Assembly: GCA_028288925.1 (NCBI GenBank)
Contig: JAQGHG010000012.1
Span: forward strand, 13,762-77,761
DNA: 64,000 nt
Reading direction: 5' to 3'
From: Patescibacteria group bacterium
GTDB lineage: Bacteria; Patescibacteriota; Saccharimonadia; UBA4664
Of this stretch, positions 40,627 to 50,902 are shown in pieces. Both the position numbers and the translations under genes were made by a program. The notes beneath the pieces are model-generated. The model made no database searches, had not been told where the DNA came from, and saw only the letters and a list, made by a program, of their open reading frames with translations. Position 1 is the first letter of the stretch. Each line of letters opens with the position of its first letter.

Positions 40627-40762
40627 GGAGGCTCCTTGGCTCAGGAGGCTCCTCGGGCCGGGAGCCTCCTCGCATTGTTAATATTCATTATAGACAAAGA
40701 CGGTTTCATCTGGTAATATCGTTCCGGTCCGCAGTTCCTCGAAATGAAGGGAAAAACGGCTC

Positions 40763-42445
40763 ATGCCGCGCAAACCCGCAAGACCAAGACCCAGAGGACC
40801 CCTGGCAACGCTCTCGAGCGTGATGCTGGGGCTCCTCCTCCTGATCGGCATCACGGCGAGCACGACGAGTCCCGCGCGGGCCGCCACCCTCTCCGCGTAT
40901 GCCTTCACGGATAGCCTAGGCATTGCCATCAGGCATGCCGACGGCACCTATGCCCAGCTCACGACCGGGACTACTCCCGATCGCAGTACCTGGGATGACC
41001 AACCCGCCATCTCGCCCAGCGGCAACAAGGTGGCCTTCACGCGCGGCCACACTCTGGCTGACGGCGTCAATCGAACCGAGATCTACACGGTGCCGATCGG
41101 AGGCGGCGCGCCTGTTCAGGTAACGAGCCTCGGTTCGTACTTCGAACGGCCCAGCTGGCTGTCCGAGACCGAGCTGATCGCGCCCTGGCTCAATCAGGGT
41201 GTCGCCTACGGCCAGGCCTATCGCATCTCGTTGAGCGATGGTTCGACCGTCAAGCTCACCGATGCCATCTGGGTCCTTTCGGCGGCAGCCTGTCACGACG
41301 GCCGGATGGCGTACGACACTGTCTCTCAGGGCGACACACATGATCTGCACGTGGCCAGCGCTACCGACGGAAGCGGTGATGTCCAGCTCACCAGCGGCAT
41401 CACGGTAAACCGAGTGGCATGGACGCCAGACTGCCGATACATCTTGTTCGACGTCTGGGATCCCGCTACCGGCCATGTGAACATGTTCACGCTGTCTGCC
41501 GCGGCCAAGCTAGGCGACAAGCCCATCCAGCTCACGACTGGCAACTACGACACCCAGGGCTCAGTCGGCAACGACTGGGTGATGGCCTATGTCCACGGCG
41601 AGACCGGGAGCGACATCTACACGCTTCCACTCGGCACCGGCAGCCAGCCGACCGCCCAGTCCAACTACCAAGGTGGAAACGAGTGGCCGGCCTTCGCAGC
41701 CGGCGATGGCAGCGTTCCGGCCCCAGCCGACTTCCCGCCGGGTAGTAGCACGCCACCGCCGAGCAAGTGCCCGACACTTCAGATCGTCGGGGTGAGAGGC
41801 TCAGGCGAAACGGCAGCGATGAATGATGGGCTAGGGCCCACAGTCGCTGCTGTGAAGACGACGATCGCTTCGAAGGTCGCCGGAACAGGCTTCCAGGCGA
41901 TCAACTATCCTGCCGTCAAGGTAAATCTGGGGGATATCCACTACGGCCCCAACTACCTCGTCAGCGTAGACAAAGGCAGGGCGGCGCTGAGCAAGTTCCT
42001 GTTCAAGTTCTTCGCGTCCTGCCCCGCGACCTATGTCGTCATCGTGGGTTATAGCCAGGGTGCTCAGGTGGCCCTTGATGCCGCCGCGGTACTGACTTCG
42101 ATGCAGCAAAAACACATTGCTGCGCTTATCGGACTCGGCGACCCCCGATTCAGCCCGAAGCAGACAGTCATCGACGACGGTGACTATGACACGAAGCTGT
42201 CGGGGTCTTACCTGAAGTTCGATTCCAAGCTTCGAGGTATTTCGGGAACACTGGCTCCTCGAACGCACAGCTACTGCACGGTAGGGGACCCGGTCTGTAG
42301 CCTGTCTTCCAAGAACCTGGCAGTCTGCGCGGCCAAGCTGGCACAAAACAAGTGCGCTCACCAGCTTTATATAGCGCGCAACTGGACTAGCCTGGCTGCT
42401 CTATGGGCGGTCAAGCATTGGAGGGGGCTGCCGAAGCTCAAGTAG
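40763..42445 (+). CDS. Secreted protein: TolB-like/PD40 beta-propeller fused to a C-terminal cutinase
   Basis: Signal peptide (ARA), PAISPSGNKVAFT, WTPD; VRGSGE, INYPA, CP, GYSQGA, LGDP, CTVGDPVC, AHQLY. Confidence 0.85.
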   Translation: MPRKPARPRPRGPLATLSSVMLGLLLLIGITASTTSPARAATLSAYAFTDSLGIAIRHADGTYAQLTTGTTPDRSTWDDQPAISPSGNKVAFTRGHTLADGVNRTEIYTVPIGGGAPVQVTSLGSYFERPSWLSETELIAPWLNQGVAYGQAYRISLSDGSTVKLTDAIWVLSAAACHDGRMAYDTVSQGDTHDLHVASATDGSGDVQLTSGITVNRVAWTPDCRYILFDVWDPATGHVNMFTLSAAAKLGDKPIQLTTGNYDTQGSVGNDWVMAYVHGETGSDIYTLPLGTGSQPTAQSNYQGGNEWPAFAAGDGSVPAPADFPPGSSTPPPSKCPTLQIVGVRGSGETAAMNDGLGPTVAAVKTTIASKVAGTGFQAINYPAVKVNLGDIHYGPNYLVSVDKGRAALSKFLFKFFASCPATYVVIVGYSQGAQVALDAAAVLTSMQQKHIAALIGLGDPRFSPKQTVIDDGDYDTKLSGSYLKFDSKLRGISGTLAPRTHSYCTVGDPVCSLSSKNLAVCAAKLAQNKCAHQLYIARNWTSLAALWAVKHWRGLPKLK

Positions 42446-42460
42446 AGCGACGCACACAAC

Positions 42461-42491
42461 AATGCTGGGGGCGCATCGCGCCCCCAGCATT
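42461..42491. terminator. Intrinsic terminator hairpin
   Basis: AATGCTGGGGGCGC-atc-GCGCCCCCAGCATT followed by T-rich sequence. Confidence 0.8.
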
Positions 42492-42518
42492 TATCATTTG
42501 TGCAGGAAAGATCGCATC

Positions 42519-42953
42519 TTACCGCTTACGTATAGTCAAAAGAATAGCAACAGGGAGAACCGACCAGAAAGCAAGCAATAGTACAGCAAGGGCAGTAATC
42601 TCACTAAACGCCGGGACTGAAGCCACACAAGATGAGCCACAATCAAGGTGCGAATATGATTCAATTATATAACTCAGCCCACTTGCGGCTAACCCACTTA
42701 CAGCTGTAATAATTAGAATGAGTTTAACGCCGCGTCCCGTCATAAGGAGGGATCCTAAAAGAGCCGGAAGAATCGACCACCCTAGGAGCGATCGAACAAA
42801 CTCATACCATTGGCGGGGTTGATCTTGTTGAACAGCGCTCAAAGCATCTCGTTGCGGAAAAGGGCCAAAAGTAAATACGACAAACAAAACCAAACAAATT
42901 AGAGAGAACCCAATGAAACCTTGGACAAACTTAGAGTACCTCTTCTCGACCAT
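42519..42953 (-). CDS. AT-rich hypothetical membrane protein (about 4 TM)
   Basis: Hydrophobic ORF with CGSSC loop; TAAAAT-N7-ATG. Confidence 0.6.
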   Translation of the reverse strand: MVEKRYSKFVQGFIGFSLICLVLFVVFTFGPFPQRDALSAVQQDQPRQWYEFVRSLLGWSILPALLGSLLMTGRGVKLILIITAVSGLAASGLSYIIESYSHLDCGSSCVASVPAFSEITALAVLLLAFWSVLPVAILLTIRKR

Positions 42954-43100
42954 AGCCGTTATTTTAGCGCCTTCAACGACAACCGGCAACCACACGCCTT
43001 CTTACTAGAACTAACTATAATAAACCGTAAGAGATGATATTCAACCAGGAGGATTCATCATCGCCGGGGGTTTTTAGACTGCGATCCTCGGTTCAACCCT

Positions 43101-43358
43101 CAAGTATCTTTTAATATCAAGGCGAAGGTCGCTCCAGGAGCCGAGGTCCTCATCAACGAGTACCCACGTTTCTTCAAGATCAAGCCCACGGCCGCGTGCA
43201 AGGCGGGCGGCATTACGTTCGACAAGTCCGACCAGATCTGGATCAACGGTGCCATCCTTCGGCTAAACCAGGTCATATCGAAGGCGGCGCACAAGGCCGG
43301 TGTAACTCCGGTTGATACACATGTATGTATAATATGCTCATGGTTATTCAAACTCTAA
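43101..43358 (+). pseudogene. Orphan internal fragment of an SGNH/GDSL lipase
   Basis: No in-frame start: IKAKVAPGAEVLINEYPRFF...C...DQIWINGAILRLNQVISKAAHKAGVTPVD resembles the block III-V region of secreted SGNH lipases. Confidence 0.6.
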
Positions 43359-43582
43359 ATTATATCTACAATAGCTTTTGGAACCCTATTATCGGGTATA
43401 CCCTACTCGCATCTCTTGTTGGAGGCCTGATACTAGCACTTTATACGGTCGTCATATTCGCAAAAAGAAAGCCCGGCGATAGATCGAAAAAATATCTTAT
43501 ATATTGGTTAATCGCATGCGCGCTGCTCTTATTTAGTTATTTCCAATTCACCCTCATGCTAGGGTCGAGTATCATGTGGTGA
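43340..43582 (+). CDS. Small 2-TM hypothetical protein
   Basis: TATAAT-N6-ATG; two hydrophobic helices with a basic loop. Confidence 0.6.
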   Translation: MVIQTLNYIYNSFWNPIIGYTLLASLVGGLILALYTVVIFAKRKPGDRSKKYLIYWLIACALLLFSYFQFTLMLGSSIMW

Positions 43583-43698
43583 ATTCCGGGGTGCCTATTA
43601 ATTCTTTCTGCGCTAGCGTCGATCGCAAGTGGGCCGAAAGCGACGCGCTGTAGGTGGTAATATACTCGCTTTATACTTACGCTTAAGGAAGGCGTTAA

Positions 43699-43923
43699 AT
43701 GTTTCAGACCGTATACGATCTTTACATAACCCCACTCATGCCGATTATTTGGCCCTCATTACTCGTTCTTGGTCTATTCCTGGCACCATTTGGGTTTATT
43801 TCCAGCTTTGTCGTTAAGAACCGGAAAGCTAAAACGATTCTGCGGATTGCAGGTGCTGCGGGCCTCGGCTGTCTCCTTGTGCTGGGCATTCTATTTGTCA
43901 TCAACTTCAATGTACCTTGGTAG
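43699..43923 (+). CDS. Small 2-TM hypothetical protein
   Basis: AAGGAAGG RBS; two hydrophobic helices with a basic loop. Confidence 0.6.
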   Translation: MFQTVYDLYITPLMPIIWPSLLVLGLFLAPFGFISSFVVKNRKAKTILRIAGAAGLGCLLVLGILFVINFNVPW

Positions 43924-44061
43924 GGGCAACTAACCATTTTGAAAAACGTACGACTACTACCGAGTTTAATTAGAACTACTGTTTTTATAACCCCCGTATT
44001 GCTGGGCCTGGTTCTTGTAAAAACCGGGCGATAGCTTCTCTGGATGTACTTTTCTTAACGC

Positions 44062-44451
44062 TTAACTCGCGCTCTTCGCCAACAGCGCCTTCACCCGCTC
44101 GGCCACCTGCTTCGGTGTCATCTCGGCCTTCACGATGTAGTCGTCGGCGGCCATCTTGTAGACCTTGGTAGCGGTTTCGGTGTCGCCCATGTTAGTCAGC
44201 ACCACCACTTTGGCATCGCGCCCGGCCGGCTGGCTGCGCAGGCGCTGGAGCATGTCCAGGCCGTTCATATTTGGCATCATTAAATCTAGCAAAATAATAT
44301 CGGGCGTATACGTGTCTATTAATTCTAGCCCGCTCACACCATCCGGAGCGGTCGCTACATCGTAGCCCTCGTTCTCAAACTTGGTCCGATACATTTGTAC
44401 GATCGCGATATCATCTTCGATGATGGCGACTTTGACTTTTTTAGTGCTCAT
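44062..44451 (-). CDS. Single-domain response regulator (REC only)
   Basis: AIIEDD, LLDLMMP, LTN, DYIVKA. Confidence 0.92.
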   Translation of the reverse strand: MSTKKVKVAIIEDDIAIVQMYRTKFENEGYDVATAPDGVSGLELIDTYTPDIILLDLMMPNMNGLDMLQRLRSQPAGRDAKVVVLTNMGDTETATKVYKMAADDYIVKAEMTPKQVAERVKALLAKSAS

Positions 44452-44729
44452 GCTCCAAGTATAGACACGAGTTTCCAGATAGCGCAAGCATATATTGTGA
44501 GTCATGCTCTGTAATTATCAGGTACATGAGTGAGTATTCAGATCCGAGTTCAAAATGTCAAGAATGTTCGACAATAGTGGGGTCATTATCGTCAAAAAGC
44601 TCGGCAATCCCGAACGATTGCTTATCGCGTCCCATCTTCAACAGCACAGAATTGTACCGCAGTACTTTCCAAATATTCTCTTCGGTTAGCTCCGATATTC
44701 CTCGAGATCGTTCACATCCACCTTGCGAC

Positions 44730-45845
44730 CTACTCTGCGAACTCTTTCATCATGGTGCGTAAAATCTTGAGTCCCTTCACTAGGGTAGTGTGCTTGGTAG
44801 CAAAAGCAATGCGGATGTAATCCTGACGTTTCGAGAAAGCCCGCGACGGCAGCACAATTAGGCTGCGCTTGGCCGCTTCCTCGCAAAACTCCAAATCCGT
44901 CATCCCGGACGGTAGCTGCACAAACGCGTAAAAAGCGCCGTGGGAGCCATAGATATCGAACATCGGCTCTAGATAGCGCAGTACCATATCGCGCTTCGCC
45001 CGATATTTTTTAATCAGACGCTGCGGGCTATGGGACAGCGCCGCCAGAGCCGCTTTCTCGGCAATCGAAGAATTGGAGAACACCACATACTGCTGTAGTT
45101 GATTAACCGCCTGGATAAACTCTTCGGGCCCGGCCAAGTAACCCACCCGCCAGCCCGTCATAGCATATGCCTTGGAAAACCCATTAAGCGTAACCGTGTT
45201 TTTATATACGCTTCCAATACTGAAATGCGGGGTGTTATAGGAGAAATACTCGTAAATCTCGTCAGACAAAATGGTGATATTGTGCTCTTTGGCCATTCGG
45301 GCGATTCGGCGCAACTCACGCTCCGGATAAACCGCCCCCGAGGGATTGTTAGGAGAATTAATTAGCAAGACCTTGGTCTTGGGTGTAATATGCTGCTCCA
45401 CCAATCGGGCCGTTAGCTGAAAACTTGGGTACGTATCAATCGCCACCGGCACCGCGCCGAGCATCCGCGCCAGATCAAAATAGGGAGGGAAATACGGATC
45501 AGGTATTAGAACCTCATCACCCGGGTCAAGCAAAGCTAGATAACTCAGCAAAATTCCGGTAGTAACACCAGGCGTTACCGTTACCAGATCTGGCGTTACT
45601 TTAATTTTATTTTCGCGGGTAAGCTTCTCCGCTATTGCCGCGCGGAGCTCAAAGATGCCGTTAGAGGGTGTATAACGGGTAAAATCCTGGGAAATTGCCC
45701 GAATCCCGGCGGCCTTAATATAGTCCGGAGTCGCATCTTCGGGAAATCCAATGCTTAAGTCGATAGGGTCGGGAATTTCACGCACCCGGCTAAATGCTTT
45801 ACGTATATGGCTACTATCGAATTGGGCGATGCGCTTGGCGATCAT
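44730..45845 (-). CDS. PLP-dependent aminotransferase class I/II
   Basis: NSPNNPSG, SDEIY, GFSKAYAMTGWRVG. Confidence 0.93.
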   Translation of the reverse strand: MIAKRIAQFDSSHIRKAFSRVREIPDPIDLSIGFPEDATPDYIKAAGIRAISQDFTRYTPSNGIFELRAAIAEKLTRENKIKVTPDLVTVTPGVTTGILLSYLALLDPGDEVLIPDPYFPPYFDLARMLGAVPVAIDTYPSFQLTARLVEQHITPKTKVLLINSPNNPSGAVYPERELRRIARMAKEHNITILSDEIYEYFSYNTPHFSIGSVYKNTVTLNGFSKAYAMTGWRVGYLAGPEEFIQAVNQLQQYVVFSNSSIAEKAALAALSHSPQRLIKKYRAKRDMVLRYLEPMFDIYGSHGAFYAFVQLPSGMTDLEFCEEAAKRSLIVLPSRAFSKRQDYIRIAFATKHTTLVKGLKILRTMMKEFAE

Positions 45846-45965
45846 TCATTTACTATAGCCTAATTTCCAGACCCGAACCAAGCGTCTATTCGCGGTATGT
45901 GGGAGATAATCTAACTTATTAGGCTATTTTTTGTTATTATGCCTATTGTAATAGCCATACTATAA

Positions 45966-47516
45966 ATGACAGTTTCGTCAATCAAGGTTAGCAAAACCCC
46001 CTCCTTTCCGGCGTTATCAGCTCAAGCCCACCCGCTTGAGCTTCTCCGGCATCTTCGGCATGAGCCGGAGGAATACTGGCTGGCTCGGGGCGCCGAAAAG
46101 GCCATTAAGCTATTCCATGACGCGGCGGATCACGTGCCAGCCTACCGGAAATATCTCAAGGCTCAAGGCTTTAATCCCGCACTTGTGCATGATATTGGCG
46201 ATTTGGTACTTATCCCAACCACGAGCAAAGCCGGTTACCTACGGCGTTATTCGCGCCCAGAGCTATGCTGGAACGGTGATTTTCGTTCCGTCCGTTGGAC
46301 TATCTCGACCACATCTGGCTCCACCGGCGAGCCTTTTTACTTTCCCCGCACCGCCGAGCAAGACAAGCAATATGCCCTTTTGGCGGAGCTTTATTTGCGC
46401 ACAAATTTCCGTATTCATGAGCGCAGTACACTCTACATTGTGGCGTTTCCTATGGGTGCTTGGATCGGTGGACTGTTTACGTATGAAGCCGTCCGCCGGG
46501 TAGGGGAGAGTGGTGATTATGCGCTGAGTATCATCACTCCCGGGATCAATAAGTTGGAAGTAATTAAGGCGGTGCAAAATATCGGACATGATTTTGACCA
46601 GGTAATCATCGGGTCGTATGCGCCCTTTCTCAAAGACATCATCGATGACGGCCGGCGAGCTGGGCTAAACTGGGCCGATTACAATCTGGGCTTCATTTTT
46701 TCGGCCGAAGGTTTCAGCGAAACCTTCCGCGATTATGTTGCGGAAAAGACCGGTTTAACCAATATCTATACCGACACACTCAACCATTACGGCACAGTCG
46801 ATCTCGGCACCATGGCTTACGAAACACCGGTGTCGATTCTGATCCGGCGCATGGCCTTGGACCGGCCGGCTCTCTATGAAACTATCTTCAGGCAGACGGC
46901 CAAATTGCCCACCCTGGCACAATATCTGCCCGAGCAATTTTACTTTGAAGAAAGCAATGGTCAGCTCTACTGCACGGCCTCAAGCGGTTTGCCGCTCGTG
47001 CGTTACGATCTTCAAGATCTCGGCGGTGTCATCACGTACGGGCAAATGGAGCGGCACTTTGCCGACCATGGCCTAGACCTAAACGCCGAGATCCAGGCTG
47101 CCGGTCTGACCGACCTCAGCTGGAACCTGCCATTTGTCTACGTCCATGAGCGCAGTGATTTCTCGGTCTCGTTCTTTGCTTTCCAAATCCATCCTCAAAC
47201 CGTACGAAATGCCTTGGCGGGCGGCCAGCTCGCCGAAGAACTCACAGGCAAATTTACCATGACCGTGGAATACGATCTCGAAGGCCAGCAGCATCTGCAC
47301 ACCCATGTAGAGCTTAAAATCGACACGCCCGAGTCGCCCGAGCTTCACGACCGGGTGCAGCTGGCTATTGTGGAGCGGCTGCTGGCCGAAAGTTCAGAGT
47401 ATCGCCGTACCTTTGAAGAATACGGCGAGCGCGTCTATCCGCTCTTAACCTTCTGGCCCTATGAGGATCCTATCTACTTTAAACCGGGGACGAAACAGAA
47501 ATGGACGATAAAATAA
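45966..47516 (+). CDS. Phenylacetate-CoA ligase (PaaK/F390 synthetase)-like adenylate-forming enzyme
   Basis: TTSGSTGEP, SAEGFSE, HYGTVD, PLVRYDLQDLG, ERSD. Confidence 0.82.
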   Translation: MTVSSIKVSKTPSFPALSAQAHPLELLRHLRHEPEEYWLARGAEKAIKLFHDAADHVPAYRKYLKAQGFNPALVHDIGDLVLIPTTSKAGYLRRYSRPELCWNGDFRSVRWTISTTSGSTGEPFYFPRTAEQDKQYALLAELYLRTNFRIHERSTLYIVAFPMGAWIGGLFTYEAVRRVGESGDYALSIITPGINKLEVIKAVQNIGHDFDQVIIGSYAPFLKDIIDDGRRAGLNWADYNLGFIFSAEGFSETFRDYVAEKTGLTNIYTDTLNHYGTVDLGTMAYETPVSILIRRMALDRPALYETIFRQTAKLPTLAQYLPEQFYFEESNGQLYCTASSGLPLVRYDLQDLGGVITYGQMERHFADHGLDLNAEIQAAGLTDLSWNLPFVYVHERSDFSVSFFAFQIHPQTVRNALAGGQLAEELTGKFTMTVEYDLEGQQHLHTHVELKIDTPESPELHDRVQLAIVERLLAESSEYRRTFEEYGERVYPLLTFWPYEDPIYFKPGTKQKWTIK

Positions 47517-48679
47517 TGAAAGGAATACACAACAACATGACCGCTCCCATAATTCTGCTTGAAGGCCACTACACAGAGACCGAGCTAAGCCAACTCAAAA
47601 ACGAAAAAATCTGGAATTTCAAAGACATATATCAACCTCAACTCACTGAGCTCTTTGAAATCTTAAACGCCCAGCTGATCGGTATGCCGGAGTTTGAGGG
47701 CAAGCTCAAAGAGTTTATCGCCGAGAGATCAGTCCCCAAGTCGGAACTAAGAGGGAATTACGTCTATTACCCGTGGTCGGGTCTTTTGCTCCACATGGTC
47801 AACGAAGAGGAATTAAATATCCTTCGCACAAACCGTACAAATAACCTGATTACCCGCGACGAGCAAAAGAAACTGGCCAAGTTTAGCGCCGGAGTAGCCG
47901 GCTTGTCGTTCGGTAACGGCATTGCTCTCTCTCTAGTGTATAGTGGCATCGCTAACACCATTAAAATCGCCGACCGCGACATCTTCGAAACCACTAACCT
48001 GAACCGAGTTCGAGTCGGCCTTCCGAGCGTGAATGAATCTAAGCCGGTCGTAACTGCCCGGGAGATCTATGAAATCAATCCTTATGCCGACATTTCCATA
48101 TATTCCGATGGGATAACCACCGAAAACATTGATTCCTTCATTGGGGGAGACACAAAGCTAAACGTTGTTTTCGATGTGGTCGACAGCTTCGCCATGAAAG
48201 TACGGTTGCGGCTGGCAGCCAAGCAGGCCAAAGTTCCAGTGATTATGCTCACCAGCCTGGAAGATAGCATTCTCGTTGACGTGGAGCGCTTCGATCTCGA
48301 TCCTTCTGCCGAAATATTTCATGGATTACTCGGCGGCGTGACAGATGACCTATTGACAAAAGAAATGACCGAGCAGGACAAGGCCAAATATGCAATGGCA
48401 ATTGTCGGTCCAGAACACGTTTCCTACCGTAATCTCTTGTCGCTCTCGAACATTGGTAAAAGCCTGGTTTCGCGCCCCCACCTGTACGGAACAGTCAGCA
48501 TTGTTTGCGGCTTAGCCTCTTATATTGTAAAAAGAATCGCCCTCGGCGAAGACATGCCGAGCATGCGAACCCATGTGGCATTCAATGAAGTACTCGGTAT
48601 TTTGCCTAATAAAGACGACACGCCTCAGGCTAGAGAAACCATATTGTCCCAATTGATGCGGAATTCAGCCAAAAATTAG
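47516..48679 (+). CDS. ThiF-family adenylyltransferase, Rv1355c/MoeY type
   Basis: YVYYPW...LRTNR...ITRDEQ, AGLSFG, IADRDIFETTNLNRV, EINPY, DVERFD; TAATG coupling. Confidence 0.85.
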   Translation: MKGIHNNMTAPIILLEGHYTETELSQLKNEKIWNFKDIYQPQLTELFEILNAQLIGMPEFEGKLKEFIAERSVPKSELRGNYVYYPWSGLLLHMVNEEELNILRTNRTNNLITRDEQKKLAKFSAGVAGLSFGNGIALSLVYSGIANTIKIADRDIFETTNLNRVRVGLPSVNESKPVVTAREIYEINPYADISIYSDGITTENIDSFIGGDTKLNVVFDVVDSFAMKVRLRLAAKQAKVPVIMLTSLEDSILVDVERFDLDPSAEIFHGLLGGVTDDLLTKEMTEQDKAKYAMAIVGPEHVSYRNLLSLSNIGKSLVSRPHLYGTVSIVCGLASYIVKRIALGEDMPSMRTHVAFNEVLGILPNKDDTPQARETILSQLMRNSAKN

Positions 48680-48739
48680 TTCCCATGCTGCCCCCTGATA
48701 GCGCTTCTGCTATAGTTAAAGCATAAGCAAGTTGTGAGC

Positions 48740-50902
48740 ATGATCGAACTTATTGGAGTTGTAGTAAGCATTTTAGCCACTCTTATGGTAGGTGGTCTTG
48801 CGTATCTCAAAAACAAAAATAGCGCGACAAACCGGCTATTTGGGCTATTGTGTGTAGCGATGGCTGGTTGGACGGGCTTCAACTATCTGTCCGTCCACCT
48901 CAGCTTAGGTCAGCTTAATCTCATCCGCTTAATTATGTTCTTTGTTGTGTTGATGAACACGTCCTTTTTCTTTTTTGTTCAAAACTTTCCCTCTCCAAAA
49001 ATGAAAATCAATCGCTGGGCTGTCATTGGTATCATCTACGCCACCCTTGTGTTAGCCGATGCGCTTTCGCCTTTTCTGTTCTCTAGGCTGTTGGTCGAGA
49101 ACGGGAGCGTTTCGCCGGTGCCCGGGCCGGGGATCATTCTGTTTCTCATTCATGCGGTTATTTTTGCCGGTGGAGGAGTAGTCTGGCTCATTCGCCGTTA
49201 TTGGTTGAGCGCCGGATTGCTACGCGCCCAGCTGCGGTATGTCCTCATCGGTACGGTGCTTTTTATGACCCTCCTACCCTTGACCAATTTCATCCTGCCG
49301 CTGGCGGCTCATATATCATCACTAATTATTCTAAGCCCGTTCTATACAGCTTTTTTTGCCTTTGCCACCGGCTACGCTGTGCTTCGTCACCGCCTGTTTG
49401 ATGTACGGGCGATTGTCGCTCGGTCACTTACCTACGCGCTTCTCCTTCTGACCTTGGCCGGGCTGTTTGGGCTCATCTTCCTGAGTACGCAAAAACTTCT
49501 CATCCACGGCGTAGTTGGTAGCGGTGGTCAAAGCATCTTAAGTGCGACTCTGGCCATTTCTTTGGCTCTCACCTTCCAGCCATTGCGCCGGTTCTTCGAG
49601 CGCATCACCAATCGGGTATTTTATCGTGACAACTACGACTCTCAAGTAGTGCTCAGCAAATTCTCCAAAGTCCTCGTCTCCGAGCTCGAGCTCAACCGCA
49701 TCCTCAAAAAAACCCTCACTCAGCTCTGCGAAGACCTGCATATTCAATTTGGCCAGATCATCGTCTTCAATAACGACCGCGTCTACCGCATCGGCCACTA
49801 TGGCGAGCTGCCCAAGCGCCTGATGATCGCGCCGGAGCTGGCCAAATTCAACAAGCCCATGATTGTGGCCGACGAACTCGACGGGGGGGAACGCAAATCC
49901 ATCATGGACAAGCACAGTATCCGAGTGGCGCTCAACCTCCGCACGCGCGAAGAGTTCGTGGGCTACTTGCTGCTCGGCGACAAGCTTTCAGGTGATATTT
50001 ATTCGGGTCAGGACCTCGAGCTACTCGAGATTGTCGGCAAGGAGCTGGCCGTGGCCATTCTCAACGCCAAGGCCTACGCCGAGATCCAGGATTTCAACCT
50101 CACGCTCCAGGCGCGGGTGGACCACGCCACCAATCGCTTGCGCGTCGCCAACCGCCACCTCAAGGAACTCGACCATGCCAAGGACGAGTTCATCAGCATG
50201 GCCTCGCACCAGTTGCGCACGCCGCTTACTACCATCAAGGGCTACCTCTCCATGCTGCTCGAAGGCGACGCCGGCAAACTCACCAAACCTCAGAAAGAGT
50301 TTGTGGATTACGCTTTTGGTTCCAGCGAGCGCATGGTCAACCTCATCTCGGACCTGCTCAATGTGTCGCGCCTCTCGGCCGGCCGGTTCTTGATACAGAC
50401 CAAACCCACCGATATGGTGCAAATGATCGCCGACGAAGTCCGCCAGCTCGGCTCGCACGCCAAGGCCAAAGGTATTCAGCTGGTCTTCGACAAGCCCGCC
50501 GAGCCCCTGCCGCCCGCCGAGATCGACGACAACAAAACCCGCCAGGTCATCATGAACTTCATCGACAACGCCATCTATTACACGCAAAAAGGCGAGGTGC
50601 GCGTCACCCTTGAGCAATCCGGCGATTCGGTGCGTCTGGAAGTGCGCGACACCGGCATCGGCGTGCCCGAGAAAGCCAAGCGCAAGCTCTTCAGCAAATT
50701 CTTCCGCGCCGACAACGCCCAGATCGTCCGCCCCGACGGCACTGGCCTTGGCCTCTACCTGGCCAAACGTGTAATCGAGGATCAGGGTGGTACAATAATC
50801 TTCAGCAGCATAGAAGGCAAAGGTTCGACCTTTGGTTTCGAGCTGCCCTTTAAGCACCCCAAGCCCAAACACGAGGACACCCATGGCCGATCCAAAACCT
50901 GA
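48740..50902 (+). CDS. HisKA_7TM-type membrane sensor, GAF domain and histidine kinase (paralogue of 24417-26579)
   Basis: NRLF, HRLFDV, GYLLLGDKLSGDIYS, ASHQLRTPL, DNAIYY, DGTGLGL. Confidence 0.93.
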   Translation: MIELIGVVVSILATLMVGGLAYLKNKNSATNRLFGLLCVAMAGWTGFNYLSVHLSLGQLNLIRLIMFFVVLMNTSFFFFVQNFPSPKMKINRWAVIGIIYATLVLADALSPFLFSRLLVENGSVSPVPGPGIILFLIHAVIFAGGGVVWLIRRYWLSAGLLRAQLRYVLIGTVLFMTLLPLTNFILPLAAHISSLIILSPFYTAFFAFATGYAVLRHRLFDVRAIVARSLTYALLLLTLAGLFGLIFLSTQKLLIHGVVGSGGQSILSATLAISLALTFQPLRRFFERITNRVFYRDNYDSQVVLSKFSKVLVSELELNRILKKTLTQLCEDLHIQFGQIIVFNNDRVYRIGHYGELPKRLMIAPELAKFNKPMIVADELDGGERKSIMDKHSIRVALNLRTREEFVGYLLLGDKLSGDIYSGQDLELLEIVGKELAVAILNAKAYAEIQDFNLTLQARVDHATNRLRVANRHLKELDHAKDEFISMASHQLRTPLTTIKGYLSMLLEGDAGKLTKPQKEFVDYAFGSSERMVNLISDLLNVSRLSAGRFLIQTKPTDMVQMIADEVRQLGSHAKAKGIQLVFDKPAEPLPPAEIDDNKTRQVIMNFIDNAIYYTQKGEVRVTLEQSGDSVRLEVRDTGIGVPEKAKRKLFSKFFRADNAQIVRPDGTGLGLYLAKRVIEDQGGTIIFSSIEGKGSTFGFELPFKHPKPKHEDTHGRSKT

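Noticed and set aside
40626-40670. AGGAGGCTCC twice plus an inverted copy after folD
   Set aside because: Adequately explained as a terminator-like hairpin
44526-44762. 78-aa ORF between the receiver and the aminotransferase
   Set aside because: No RBS or motif, overlaps the aminotransferase end; probably non-coding or decayed
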